Source of the DNA: an uncultured Candidatus Woesearchaeota archaeon
GTDB lineage: Archaea; Nanobdellota; Nanobdellia; Woesearchaeales; UBA525
Reading direction: 5' to 3'
Length of the DNA: 62,431 nt
NCBI GenBank assembly: GCA_963724455.1
Contig: CAVRUV010000013.1
Span: 1 to 62,431 of the forward strand
The notes under the pieces were generated by a model. That model was not told the origin of the DNA and made no database searches. It saw only the letters and a list, made by a program, of their open reading frames with translations. Every line of letters starts with the position of its first letter. Position 1 is the first letter of the stretch. Positions 1 to 8,923 of this stretch are shown in pieces. The position numbers and the translations under genes are program-made.

Positions 1-117
1 GCTTAGTCTTAACAACTTGAATAATATAGGAAGAAATTCTGCTTCATTATATGCAGGAATTATAATAGATAATGCAGGAACTTTTGATGATCTTTTCACG
101 AATAGAAAATCACTCAT
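1..117 (-). CDS. Glycosyltransferase family 2, N-terminal fragment (gene continues beyond window start)
   Basis: Own minus-strand translation from ATG at 117-115: MSDFLFVKRSSKVPALSIIIPAYNEAEFLPILFKLLRLS; 'SIIIPAYNE' is the typical GT2 N-terminal motif. Confidence 0.5.
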   Translation of the reverse strand, partial: MSDFLFVKRSSKVPALSIIIPAYNEAEFLPILFKLLRLS

Positions 118-157
118 ACATATTTAAACATTACGCACTTTATACAGTTTAATACCT

Positions 158-766
158 TTATAATTTTACTTTTTTAAATAATACCACAATATATTTCACT
201 ATTAAAAATATCAATAAATAAATAATGATAATACTCACTAAGAATAATATTATCCAATAGTTTGCTAAATTGAAGTAATCCATTATCTTTCCAGCAAAGA
301 ACCCAAAGAAGAATCCTATACAAACTAGAATAGTAGTTCTAATGAGAGACCCTAGAAATGCATAGAACCAAAATGTCTTGAATGGAACTTTAAATGTTCC
401 AGATAGTACCATGCCTGGTTGTGCAAGCGGCGGAGTTAATTTTAGAAGAAATAATGTACGTCCAGGATATTTTTTGAATTGTGTATCAAGATTATCCGGA
501 AGTTTTCCAATCCCGAAAAATGAACTAAACTTCTGCACAGTAGACCTCTTAAGAAATCTTCCTATGCCGTAATGAATTACATCACTAATATTATCCCCAA
601 GAAGAGATAATAAAAATACTAACCAAATATTGAGCCACCCAAGTGATGCTGCATACGCTGCTGCAGCAGTAATTACCGGACCTTCAATAATCATAATAAG
701 AAATATAATACCGTATCCGTGCGTCTGCAAAAAAGGCATGACTACATCAAAATTACCCAAATCCAT
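158..766 (-). CDS. DedA / SNARE-associated (VTT domain) family membrane protein
   Basis: 202-aa multi-TM ORF; 'GYGIIFLIMIIEGPVITAAAAYAASLG' and 'GDNISDVIHYGIGR' resemble the DedA signature. Confidence 0.7.
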   Translation of the reverse strand: MDLGNFDVVMPFLQTHGYGIIFLIMIIEGPVITAAAAYAASLGWLNIWLVFLLSLLGDNISDVIHYGIGRFLKRSTVQKFSSFFGIGKLPDNLDTQFKKYPGRTLFLLKLTPPLAQPGMVLSGTFKVPFKTFWFYAFLGSLIRTTILVCIGFFFGFFAGKIMDYFNLANYWIILFLVSIIIIYLLIFLIVKYIVVLFKKVKL

Positions 767-841
767 ACTAGCTCAGAAATAATTGTCTTGATAAATGTTT
801 AGGTTAAGATCATAACATGCTCACAAATACACCCACAGATA

Positions 842-1126
842 TCACAATTCAAGTGCACTAATAAATCCTTGAATCTTCTCGTATTTTTCTAAATACCTGA
901 ATCCCTTATCCGTCAATGTGACATACTTTTTGTTGTCAGCGCCGCTCATCTCTTTGATGAACTCTTTAGCAAGCAACTCGTTATAATACTCATAAAAGCT
1001 ATTTGAAGATATATTTGATAAACGCAGCAAGGGTGTGGGTTTTATAGAATTATGATGATCGCAGATAATCTTCAAAATATCGTATATTACCTCAAGTCGA
1101 TCTCTTTTTTTCATTATTTTACCCAT
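842..1126 (-). CDS. Small winged-helix DNA-binding protein (archaeal HTH_45-like)
   Basis: 94-aa ORF; 'DRLEVIYDILKI...' N-terminus and 'KYVTLTDKGFRYLEKYEKI' wing/helix pattern. Alternative start ATG at 1114 overlaps the upstream stop by 1 nt (TAATG). Confidence 0.5.
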   Translation of the reverse strand: MGKIMKKRDRLEVIYDILKIICDHHNSIKPTPLLRLSNISSNSFYEYYNELLAKEFIKEMSGADNKKYVTLTDKGFRYLEKYEKIQGFISALEL

Positions 1127-1806
1127 TTCAATATTTTATAATAAATATACCCAAATACGCTTAATGAAGCTATCCTTAAGAAAATACTCCACTCAAAATC
1201 ATGAGGCCCACGTCTTCCTAAAATAAACAGATTTAGAATCCACAATACTGCGACTAATAAATATAATAATTTCATCTGTGATAGAGATTTATGTTTCGTA
1301 TCATTCTTCTTGTTACTAAATAAAATAAGCAATACTGCAACTATCAATAATAATAATTGTACTACAAATATTATAATGTGTGATCGTGTAATAAATGCAA
1401 TTACTGCTAGTGAAATTGCAACAACGTGCCCGAGAATAAGCATGTGCTTGTTGTTGAAACGCTTCCAAATTGAACTAAATATGAGATATAATATCGCCAT
1501 TGTACTAATATAACTAATAACAACTAGAAATGGTGCAATAAACTCCCTAGGTATGTGATAATCTAATGTAGCTGATGAGAAAAATAATAATCCTAAAATA
1601 AAACTAATAACATATGATATTCCGAAGAATAAAAATGCTCCTCGAAAATATCTTATTCCTTGATATTTAGTAAGATCATAAATGTCTTTGGTCTTAAAAT
1701 ATATTAATGAACAAAAGATTACTGCAATAATGCAAAAAACCATTTCACTAATCAATATAAATGGTTCAAATACAGGAATTGAAGGAGGTATTGCCACAAA
1801 TATCAC
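1114..1806 (-). CDS. Polytopic membrane protein, unknown function
   Basis: 230-aa ORF with about 7 hydrophobic segments; coupled to the downstream wHTH gene. Confidence 0.5.
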   Translation of the reverse strand: MIFVAIPPSIPVFEPFILISEMVFCIIAVIFCSLIYFKTKDIYDLTKYQGIRYFRGAFLFFGISYVISFILGLLFFSSATLDYHIPREFIAPFLVVISYISTMAILYLIFSSIWKRFNNKHMLILGHVVAISLAVIAFITRSHIIIFVVQLLLLIVAVLLILFSNKKNDTKHKSLSQMKLLYLLVAVLWILNLFILGRRGPHDFEWSIFLRIASLSVFGYIYYKILKWVK

Positions 1807-1929
1807 CGAGTCTAACTCATATTTAATCTTATAGTAGACTTTCTCTGACTATATAACTGAAATGGATAATGAATCCATCTTACTTATAAACGAACAGCTC
1901 ATATACAATCATAATAGTAACAGTAACGT

Positions 1930-2703
1930 GTGACCACTATGAATAAAATATCTACTATTCCCACACATACGCTAACTAAACAATCAAAAGAATCAATAAA
2001 ATCTAAAGAACCAATTATTTCTTTACGTGATGTTTGGAAAATCTACAAGATGGGAGAAGTTGATGTCCCTGCACTAAAAGGAGTGACTGTTGACATTGAA
2101 CAGGGAGACTTTGTTGCAATAATTGGTGCCTCCGGCAGTGGAAAAAGCACCATGATGAATCAAGTCGGGTGTCTAGATATACCAACGCAAGGAACAATAC
2201 TTCTCAAAGGGCACGACATAACCAAACTTAGCGAAAGCGAACTTGCAATGCTGCGCGGAAAAACAATTGGATTCATTTTTCAACAATACAATCTTATCCC
2301 CAACTTAAACGCATTCGAAAACGTCCTTTTGGTATTAGAACTTCAAGATGTTCCTGATGCTGAGGCTAAAAAAAGAGTTGAAGATGTATTAGCCCTAGTT
2401 GGGCTTAGCGATAAAATGCACCACCGTCCAGCACAACTTAGCGGCGGACAGCAACAACGTGTTTCGATTGCGAGATCTCTTGTAGGTAACCCTGAAATCA
2501 TTCTAGCCGACGAGCCAACCGGAGCACTTGATAGTGTAACTGGCAGAGAAGTTATTGAAACACTGCAAAGATTATGGAAGAACGGCAAGACAATAATCAT
2601 GGTAACACACGATCTTAATCTTGCACAATATGCACACACTCATATTGAACTTAAAGACGGAAAAGTCTTGCGAAAAGAAAAAAACCTAAAGGTGAAAACA
2701 TGA
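1930..2703 (+). CDS. ABC transporter ATP-binding protein (MacB/LolD type)
   Basis: Walker A GASGSGKST, signature LSGGQQQRV, Walker B ILADEPT, H-loop VTHD. Stop overlaps the next start (ATGA 2700-2703). Track start is GTG; ATG at 1939 is an alternative. Confidence 0.9.
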   Translation: MTTMNKISTIPTHTLTKQSKESIKSKEPIISLRDVWKIYKMGEVDVPALKGVTVDIEQGDFVAIIGASGSGKSTMMNQVGCLDIPTQGTILLKGHDITKLSESELAMLRGKTIGFIFQQYNLIPNLNAFENVLLVLELQDVPDAEAKKRVEDVLALVGLSDKMHHRPAQLSGGQQQRVSIARSLVGNPEIILADEPTGALDSVTGREVIETLQRLWKNGKTIIMVTHDLNLAQYAHTHIELKDGKVLRKEKNLKVKT

Positions 2704-4034
2704 AGCGAGAAAAAATGAACAGTCCGAGAATAAACATTTCAAAAATAAATATTTCAAACATAAATATTTCAGAAAAAATCATATTACTAGTTGTAGTAAT
2801 GATGCTAAGCATGCAAACAATACAATTTGCATCTGCAGCAAGCGGTGATATTTCGTCAAACGGACCAGATATACGTATCAGTCTCGTCAATCAAAATCCA
2901 GATCCTGCGGCAGCAGGAGATGTGGTCGAATTGAGACTTAGCGTAGCAAATCAAGGTAAGACTGCAGTAAACAATCTTGTAGTACAAGCAATACCAAGCT
3001 ATCCATTTGAAGAATTAAACGGCGAGAACCTAACAACCACCATCGGAGTGCTTGGCCAATACCAGATAGGTTCAGATGCACAGACCATAAAAGCAAAACT
3101 ACGAGTAAATGACCAAACAACAGCGGGAACATATAACCTGAAAGTCAGAACATACATGGTCGGTCAAACAAGTACATACACTGAAGTTATGATTCCAGTC
3201 ATTGTTGATACAAGAAAGAACGTACAAGTAATATACGTGGACAAAACTGTAATTGTCCCAGGACAAGAAACACCAATCACATTTACGATAAACAACGTTG
3301 GTAAATCAGAATTAAAAAACATGCAATTCACTTGGGAGAACAAAAATGGCATCTTGCTCCCAGTTAGCGGAACAGCAGGAAGATACATTGATTCTTTAGG
3401 AGTAGGCCAGAGTGTAAATCTTACATACATGGTCATTGCAAGTACTACAGCAAATGCAGATCTTTACCCATTGCAGCTAACGTTGACTTATGACAATCCT
3501 TCAGGAAACACCAGCTCATTTAGTACTGTTGCAGGAATCTATATTGGCGGAGAAACGAACTTCGATGTAAGCTTTGGTGGGAACAACAATGGAATGATAT
3601 CACTCAATATAGCAAATACCGGTAGCAATCCAGCAACTGCAGTTTCAGTCATCATCCCAAAACAAGATTCATGGAAAGTAACTGGTGCAAAAACTGCAAT
3701 GGTTGGCAGCCTCAATAAAGGAGATTATACCATTGCGAGTTTTAGTCTTATACAATCTGGTAAGCCTGCACCTCTTATTGTAAATGTTGATTATACCAGT
3801 ACAAAGGGCGATCGCGTCTCAAAAGAATTTTCTGTAGATGTAAACAGCGATAGTGCAGGCAATGGTACAGGATTTGCTGGACGAGCAGGCGGTGCGGGAG
3901 GTGCAAGATCAGCCGCTACAAGCACCAGTAGCAGTCTATTTTCGACAACCAACATCATCATTGCAATACTTGTAATTATCATTGGAATATTTGTCTACAA
4001 GAAATACACTGCAAAAGATGGCAAGAAAAAGTAA
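2700..4034 (+). CDS. Secreted/surface-anchored beta-rich protein (COG1361/CARDB-like) of the ABC module
   Basis: N-terminal signal/anchor (ILLVVVMMLSMQTIQFASA), repeated beta-rich segments, G/A/S-rich linker, C-terminal TM plus KKK tail. Lies between the ABC ATPase and the FtsX permease. Confidence 0.55.
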   Translation: MKREKMNSPRINISKINISNINISEKIILLVVVMMLSMQTIQFASAASGDISSNGPDIRISLVNQNPDPAAAGDVVELRLSVANQGKTAVNNLVVQAIPSYPFEELNGENLTTTIGVLGQYQIGSDAQTIKAKLRVNDQTTAGTYNLKVRTYMVGQTSTYTEVMIPVIVDTRKNVQVIYVDKTVIVPGQETPITFTINNVGKSELKNMQFTWENKNGILLPVSGTAGRYIDSLGVGQSVNLTYMVIASTTANADLYPLQLTLTYDNPSGNTSSFSTVAGIYIGGETNFDVSFGGNNNGMISLNIANTGSNPATAVSVIIPKQDSWKVTGAKTAMVGSLNKGDYTIASFSLIQSGKPAPLIVNVDYTSTKGDRVSKEFSVDVNSDSAGNGTGFAGRAGGAGGARSAATSTSSSLFSTTNIIIAILVIIIGIFVYKKYTAKDGKKK

Positions 4035-4119
4035 GAATGCAAAAAATTACTAAAGAAAAATATAACTAACAAAAAATATTACTAATGCGAAAATATGACT
4101 AACAACTAACGAGGATACA

Positions 4120-5364
4120 ATGAAAGTACACAAATCGCTCAAGCACGCATTCAATATGGTACTGCATAGTAAATTGCGTAGCTGGCTCACTATCCTCGGC
4201 ATAGTAATAGGTGTTGCAAGTGTTATTGCTATTGTCGCACTAGGTGACGGTATGCAAGCAAGCGTAGAATCACAATTCAACGGCAAAGGTGCAGACCTAT
4301 TGACTGTGACTGCTGGCGCAGCTAGAGGCGGTGGCTTTGGTGGAGGAGGAGGCGGTGGAGATAATGGTGGAGGAGGAGGAGCTAGTACTACTAACGTAAC
4401 CCCCCAGCTCACAGATAGCGATGTACAAACAATCAGAGGAGTTAGTGGTATAGGAAGTATTGATACGCAAATCAGCGGTAGAGTAACAATATATTATCTT
4501 GGCCAAACAGGATCTGTTAATGTAAATGGAGTTGATCAAAGCGTTTGGTCGCAGATGAATCAACCAGTCATTAATCAAGGAAGAACTCTTAGTACTGCAG
4601 ATACTAATGTTGTTCTAATTGGTGGCAGATTAGGTTCTGGATATTTTGATAGACCCGTTGGTATCAGCAGTACAATCACATTAGATGGAAAAGCATTCAG
4701 AGTCATTGGTATAACAAACGATTCTAGTACTACAATATACATGCCAATCAACATGGCCTATCAAGTGCTTAGCGATAAAAACAGAGGAGTATATGATAAA
4801 ATAGTTATCCAAGTAAAAGACCCTACTCTTGTAGCTGAAACTGCAAATGTAACAAGAGAAGCTCTTGCAATAAAACGCCATGTTATTGGAAAAAAGCAGG
4901 ACTTCTCAATTTCAGATCCATCGGCTCAACTTGCAACACGCCAGCAAATGCTCAGTTCGATAACAATGTTCCTAACAGCAATTGCAGCAGTAGCTTTAAT
5001 CGTCGGCGCAGTCGGTATTGCAAATACCATGTTCACTTCCGTTCTTGAGAAAACAAAGCAAATAGGTATCATGAAAGCAATCGGTGCAACAAGACAAGAC
5101 ATTCTTCTCATCTTCCTATTCAATGCAGCACTAATTGGCCTTATTGGCGGGCTGATAGGAGTAATCTTCGGATACTTGCTCGCACAAGTGCTGCCGATGT
5201 TCATAAGCATAGGTCCTGTTAGAGGAACTACTATTGCAATCGTACGATTAAGCACAATACTCATGGCACTAGGAGTAAGCGTTGGCATAGGAGTTATTGC
5301 AGGCGCAGTTCCGGCGTGGAGTGCAAGCAAGCTAAAGCCAGTAGATGCATTAAGATATGAATAG
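4120..5364 (+). CDS. ABC transporter permease, FtsX/MacB family
   Basis: N-terminal TM, large extracytoplasmic domain, C-terminal FtsX-type TM bundle (GIMKAIGATRQDILLIFLFNAALIGLIGGLIG). Poly-Gly insert at aa 70-87. Confidence 0.85.
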   Translation: MKVHKSLKHAFNMVLHSKLRSWLTILGIVIGVASVIAIVALGDGMQASVESQFNGKGADLLTVTAGAARGGGFGGGGGGGDNGGGGGASTTNVTPQLTDSDVQTIRGVSGIGSIDTQISGRVTIYYLGQTGSVNVNGVDQSVWSQMNQPVINQGRTLSTADTNVVLIGGRLGSGYFDRPVGISSTITLDGKAFRVIGITNDSSTTIYMPINMAYQVLSDKNRGVYDKIVIQVKDPTLVAETANVTREALAIKRHVIGKKQDFSISDPSAQLATRQQMLSSITMFLTAIAAVALIVGAVGIANTMFTSVLEKTKQIGIMKAIGATRQDILLIFLFNAALIGLIGGLIGVIFGYLLAQVLPMFISIGPVRGTTIAIVRLSTILMALGVSVGIGVIAGAVPAWSASKLKPVDALRYE

Positions 5365-5403
5365 ACATCTAAAAATAGACATCTTAAAAGTAAAATCCGT
5401 ATT

Positions 5404-5488
5404 GCTGCCTTGGCGTAAACCAGATTGTCGAGATTTGACAGCAGTCCTCGACAATCACAAAATGACGACGTGACAGATACGCCGCAGC
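5404..5488 (+). ncRNA. Structured repeat family, copy I (divergent loop)
   Basis: Outer stem GCTGC-CTT-GGCGT / ACGCC-GCAGC; inner hairpin GATTGTCGAG...CTCGACAATC. Starts 39 nt after the FtsX stop. Confidence 0.5.
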
Positions 5489-5691
5489 AAAGTAATCAAA
5501 AAAGTAATCAATAAAAAAAAAATTAAAAATAAAAACTCCCAAGTTCAAACTTTAAGCCGGAATTCTAAACTGAACTAATTTTAAACTGAACTATAAATTC
5601 CAGTAAATCCTACTAACTGTCTGTTGGAAATAGACATACTAACTAGATATACTAACAATAAACATACTACAAACATCATTAGAACAATATA

Positions 5692-5762
5692 TGCGTCGGC
5701 TGGGAATCGAACCCAGGTCAGTAGCTTGGAAGGCTACGGTCCTACCGTTGAACGACCGACGC
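5692..5762 (-). tRNA. tRNA-Gly (anticodon UCC)
   Basis: Reverse complement GCGTCGG-TC-GTTC..GGAC-C-GTAGC-CTTCCAA-GCTAC-TGAC-CTGGG-TTCGATT-CCCAG-CCGACGC-A folds as a canonical cloverleaf; no encoded CCA. Confidence 0.9.
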
Positions 5763-5786
5763 GTCTTTACTAAGAACATTCTAGGT

Positions 5787-5795
5787 ATTTTTAAA
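5787..5795 (-). promoter_or_regulatory. TATA box (TTTAAAAAT) for tRNA-Gly
   Basis: GTTTAAAAATAC on the minus strand about 33 nt upstream of the tRNA 5' end; the same box and spacing occur at tRNA-Thr. Confidence 0.45.
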
Positions 5796-5820
5796 CATAC
5801 CGCTTGAACTAAGCAAAAAA

Positions 5821-6789
5821 CTAGCTCTTCTTTGGCCGACCACGAGAACGTTTTGGGTCAATATTCAAAGGCGCTAAATTGAGTTTTTTAAGCAATTGCT
5901 CAGTGGCTGCAGTGCCATTTCCTTGCACCAATAGCTTTCCAGTAGTATAACTGATGATAGTAATACCTGCAGCATTCTTCATGCGCACGACTTCATAGGA
6001 GTTTGTCGGTGGAACAAATGCAAACCCGTGTTCTTTTAGCACTTCAAAAGTCTTAATTTGAGCATCGTGCTTTGCAGCAGTATCTTGCTCATTTGCAAAT
6101 GAATCAAGTGATGATTGTGCGGGTTCTTTACTTGCTCTTGCAAGCCTAGCATAGCTCTCCCAACTCTTTCTGAAAAAATCGTGCCCCTCTTGCCAATGCT
6201 TATCCAAATATGATTGAGTGTAAGGATCAGCCGGGTATCCGCTACCGAGAGGGCCGTGTATTTTTACAAGCGAAGCTATTGCCCTATCTCTTGTGACTTT
6301 AGCTAAGATGGATGCTGCGCCAACAATGACATAATTATAATCTGCTTTTATCTCGCATTGCAATTTGATGTGCTTTGTTTTTCCTTGTGGGTCTAAACGC
6401 CCAAGATATGAGCGCACATCATTTTCATGCTTAGAAACAGTCTTTGTTGGCGAATCAATAATTACCTTATCCAGCTCTATTCGTTTTGATAAATTGAAAA
6501 TAAGAAGAGCAGTAGTTCTTGCTTCTAATTGATTGAGGTTGTCGCCGTGCGATTTTCCATTAACTGCAGCGTCAATTTCCTGCGGCGATAGACTGATTAT
6601 CTCATGAGATAGCTCGCTCATAACCTCGAATAGCTCATCTCGCTTTTGTGGCGTAAGAAGCTTGCTATCTTTTACCCCTACGCGTTCAAGGCGAGAGAAC
6701 TCTTCAGTCTTGCACCCCGCAATAGCCATGACCATAGGACCAATTACTGGTCCTCGGCCCGCCTCATCAATTCCTGCAACATAGCCCAT
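5821..6789 (-). CDS. rnhB: Ribonuclease HII with C-terminal RNase HIII-N-like domain and AT-hook
   Basis: GIDEAGRGPVIGPMV, DSKLL, GAASILAKVTRD and SGYPAD match type-2 RNase H (aa 1-215). Extra aa 245-305 contain 'ITIISYTTGKLLVQGNG'. The protein ends in KRSRGRPKKS. Confidence 0.9.
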   Translation of the reverse strand: MGYVAGIDEAGRGPVIGPMVMAIAGCKTEEFSRLERVGVKDSKLLTPQKRDELFEVMSELSHEIISLSPQEIDAAVNGKSHGDNLNQLEARTTALLIFNLSKRIELDKVIIDSPTKTVSKHENDVRSYLGRLDPQGKTKHIKLQCEIKADYNYVIVGAASILAKVTRDRAIASLVKIHGPLGSGYPADPYTQSYLDKHWQEGHDFFRKSWESYARLARASKEPAQSSLDSFANEQDTAAKHDAQIKTFEVLKEHGFAFVPPTNSYEVVRMKNAAGITIISYTTGKLLVQGNGTAATEQLLKKLNLAPLNIDPKRSRGRPKKS

Positions 6790-6856
6790 AGTTCATCTAC
6801 ATATTTCTTATACATGCGTTTCATTCACGTCTAGTCTGCACATTTGCATCTCTAGT

Positions 6857-7690
6857 CTAGTTTGTCTTCACAATATCAGCTATAGTGATATCAAAAACAA
6901 GGTTCTCTCCAGCTAGAGGGTGGTTGAAATCAACAGTAATTGTCCTATCGTTTTGCGAAGTGGTTCTTGCCACTCTACTACCGAAACGATAACTCTGTCC
7001 CATCTCAAAGACAGTGTTCATAATTGCGTGAGTGCTGTTAGTAGTTGAAATATATGGCCCTTCTGACAAAATATATGTCTGATTATTCTTTATATCCTGT
7101 CTAAATACCATATCATCAGCAGTCATATTCACAAAAGTACTATTCCACATAGTCTTATCGAAGACAAAAGTATTCATTAATGGCTTTAGCATGAAAAGCT
7201 CTGCTGAAGTCGAGTTGATTTTTTTGATTGAATAAATGAAATTTTTCGTTGTTATATTTTTTCCAACAGAATCATTTGTTTGCAAATTTGCAGGAATCTC
7301 TGCAATAGGAACCGATACTGTACGTTTGTACACCATTTCTATTGGGTAAACTATTATCTTTTGAACCTTAACTGCGTCATCGGGATTGTAACCGCCATAA
7401 GCATCAACTGCTTTGATAGTAACAGTCTTTAATTCGCCTTTTTTCATATCAACAAGTGCTGCATCAAATCCTGAAATAACCTGTCCTGCGCCGACTTTTA
7501 CCGGAAGAGAAGTAAAGCTCTTTTGAGGAAATTGCGCTTTGTACTGAATATCGTTAGTATCAAAGATAGTGCCGTTTGTGAACTTACCGGTGTAAGTTAT
7601 TAGCACATTGTCGCCGCGTTGTACTTTCTGGGCAGTACAGCCTGCTAGCAACACCATCAGTAGGATTCCGATAATAGCATAGGATTTCAT
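6857..7690 (-). CDS. FKBP-type peptidyl-prolyl isomerase, lipoprotein, with very long insert-in-flap
   Basis: Signal peptide plus lipobox LLAGC; FKBP N-half 'GDNVLITYTGKFTNGTIFDTN', 'GAGQVISGFDAALVDMKKGE'; C-terminal strand 'FNHPLAGENLVFDITI' as in SlyD-type FKBPs. Confidence 0.75.
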   Translation of the reverse strand: MKSYAIIGILLMVLLAGCTAQKVQRGDNVLITYTGKFTNGTIFDTNDIQYKAQFPQKSFTSLPVKVGAGQVISGFDAALVDMKKGELKTVTIKAVDAYGGYNPDDAVKVQKIIVYPIEMVYKRTVSVPIAEIPANLQTNDSVGKNITTKNFIYSIKKINSTSAELFMLKPLMNTFVFDKTMWNSTFVNMTADDMVFRQDIKNNQTYILSEGPYISTTNSTHAIMNTVFEMGQSYRFGSRVARTTSQNDRTITVDFNHPLAGENLVFDITIADIVKTN

Positions 7691-7842
7691 AATAAATGCA
7701 ACTATCCATCCTTTTTATGGTTTGTGGAGGAATGATGCAAAAAACAAGGAACCATACAAGTAAAAAGTAAAAATATGACTAGGAATAAGAAAAGAAAGAC
7801 AATCTATAGAAGATAACTAAAGAATATAAATAGAAAATACGA

Positions 7843-7938
7843 GAGTCGCCACCTTGAAGAAACCCAGAAATTGGGCCGATTCATGCAGGCCCGATTTCGT
7901 AAGTCCTGTTGGCAACAGTAAACGCTTCGTGGCGACTC
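7843..7938 (+). ncRNA. Structured repeat family, copy A
   Basis: GAGTCGCCAC-CTT-GAAG ... CTTC-GTGGCGACTC outer stem; 11-bp hairpin (one T-G wobble) capped by GATTCATGCA; third hairpin CTGTTG-GCA-ACAG. Confidence 0.6.
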
Positions 7939-7955
7939 GCAGCAACAGACAAAGG

Positions 7956-7964
7956 TTTAAAAAT
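7956..7964 (+). promoter_or_regulatory. TATA box (TTTAAAAAT) for tRNA-Thr
   Basis: GGTTTAAAAATC about 34 nt upstream of the tRNA 5' end. Confidence 0.45.
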
Positions 7965-7989
7965 CACTTTCCGCCCCGAGAATATAATC

Positions 7990-8061
7990 GCCCCTGTGGC
8001 TCAGCGGTAGAGCGACGGTTTCGTAAACCGTAGGTCCCCGGTTCAAATCCGGGCAGGGGCT
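7990..8061 (+). tRNA. tRNA-Thr (anticodon CGU)
   Basis: GCCCCTG-TG-GCTC-AGCGGTA-GAGC-G-ACGGT-TTCGTAA-ACCGT-AGGTC-CCCGG-TTCAAAT-CCGGG-CAGGGGC-T cloverleaf. Confidence 0.9.
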
Positions 8062-8106
8062 TGTTTTTAACGTAATATTAATTAACTAACCATTCGAATT
8101 CATAAT

Positions 8107-8610
8107 ATGCTGCTTTTCAAGGATTTAAAATCAATAATATTGCTTCTTGAAAAAAATAAAATAACTTACTATGTATTTGGAGGAATAGCTCTCGAAGGCC
8201 TTCGTGAGACCATGAGCCGCGAGCATGGCGATTTAGACTTGTACATAAAAGATAAGGATTTAGAAAAATTTTGCAAAATAATGAGTGCGAAAAAATATTC
8301 GTGTAAAAAACGAGAAAGAATGTATTTCTTTGAAAAGAATATGATAAAAATAGGCGTTGTAATATTGACAAAAGAAAAAAGAGCATATATCTCTAATGGC
8401 AATAAGACTCGTGCAATCTATCCAGAAAAAATATTCGCCACAAAAAACTATGGCAAAATCAACAAGATTATATTCTGCATAGCGCCTAATGAAGTTCTTG
8501 CTTTTGAATCAAAATACTCACGATATCCTGAAGATAAGAAATATGGAACTAAATTGCCCAAAAACAAAATATTATTCAAAAAAATAAAATACGAAATATT
8601 ACGTAAATAA
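8107..8610 (+). CDS. Nucleotidyltransferase, ANT(2'')/AadB-like family
   Basis: 'YYVFGGIALEGLRETMSREHGDLDLYI' parallels the GGGWAID...RKHDDIDL motif of aminoglycoside 2''-nucleotidyltransferase-type NTases. Gene is more AT-rich than its neighbours by eye. Confidence 0.5.
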   Translation: MLLFKDLKSIILLLEKNKITYYVFGGIALEGLRETMSREHGDLDLYIKDKDLEKFCKIMSAKKYSCKKRERMYFFEKNMIKIGVVILTKEKRAYISNGNKTRAIYPEKIFATKNYGKINKIIFCIAPNEVLAFESKYSRYPEDKKYGTKLPKNKILFKKIKYEILRK

Positions 8611-8677
8611 TGACATACACAAATATATTCTTAAAAATAAATTCTCTTAACATTTTAACAGATATTCAACAGAACAG

Positions 8678-8923
8678 CTATCCTAATGATTTTAGGGCAT
8701 CATCCATTGCGACAAAAGTATCATTTGATGTGTTCAAATTGGTGTATTGTGTTGATGGTTGAACGGCAGTGTTTGCTGTTGGAGGTGGTGTGGGTGGTGA
8801 TTCTACAGGTGGAACATAAGGGGCGCGATTATTTTGCACTGGTTGTGTTGGCGCGCACGCAACAGCAAATACTCCAAGAAGTAACGCGGAAAGCAGGAGG
8901 AATGCTACAACGATTATTCTCAT
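8678..8923 (-). CDS. Small secreted Pro-rich protein
   Basis: Start moved to MRIIVV (ATG 8923-8921): SD GGAGGG upstream and ATGA overlap with the upstream stop. Has a signal peptide and a PPVESPPTPPP tract. Confidence 0.5.
   Translation of the reverse strand: MRIIVVAFLLLSALLLGVFAVACAPTQPVQNNRAPYVPPVESPPTPPPTANTAVQPSTQYTNLNTSNDTFVAMDDALKSLG

Noticed and set aside
2701-2703. Genome-wide TGA recoding as an explanation for the in-frame TGA at 31823-31825
   Set aside because: TGA terminates conserved genes at the expected C-termini, for example the ABC ATPase (ATGA overlap) and the 8920-9516 gene. The standard code therefore applies.
7843-7938. Whether the repeat family could be bulge-helix-bulge introns, K-turn/C-D box sRNAs or hammerhead ribozymes
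   Set aside because: The CUU bulge is followed by a 4-bp stem, but there is no second 3-nt bulge on the opposite strand at the BHB position. GAAG/GGAG pairs canonically with CUUC/CUCC, so there are no tandem sheared G-A pairs (no K-turn) and no RUGAUGA/CUGA boxes. The three-way junction lacks the CUGAUGA...GAAA hammerhead core.
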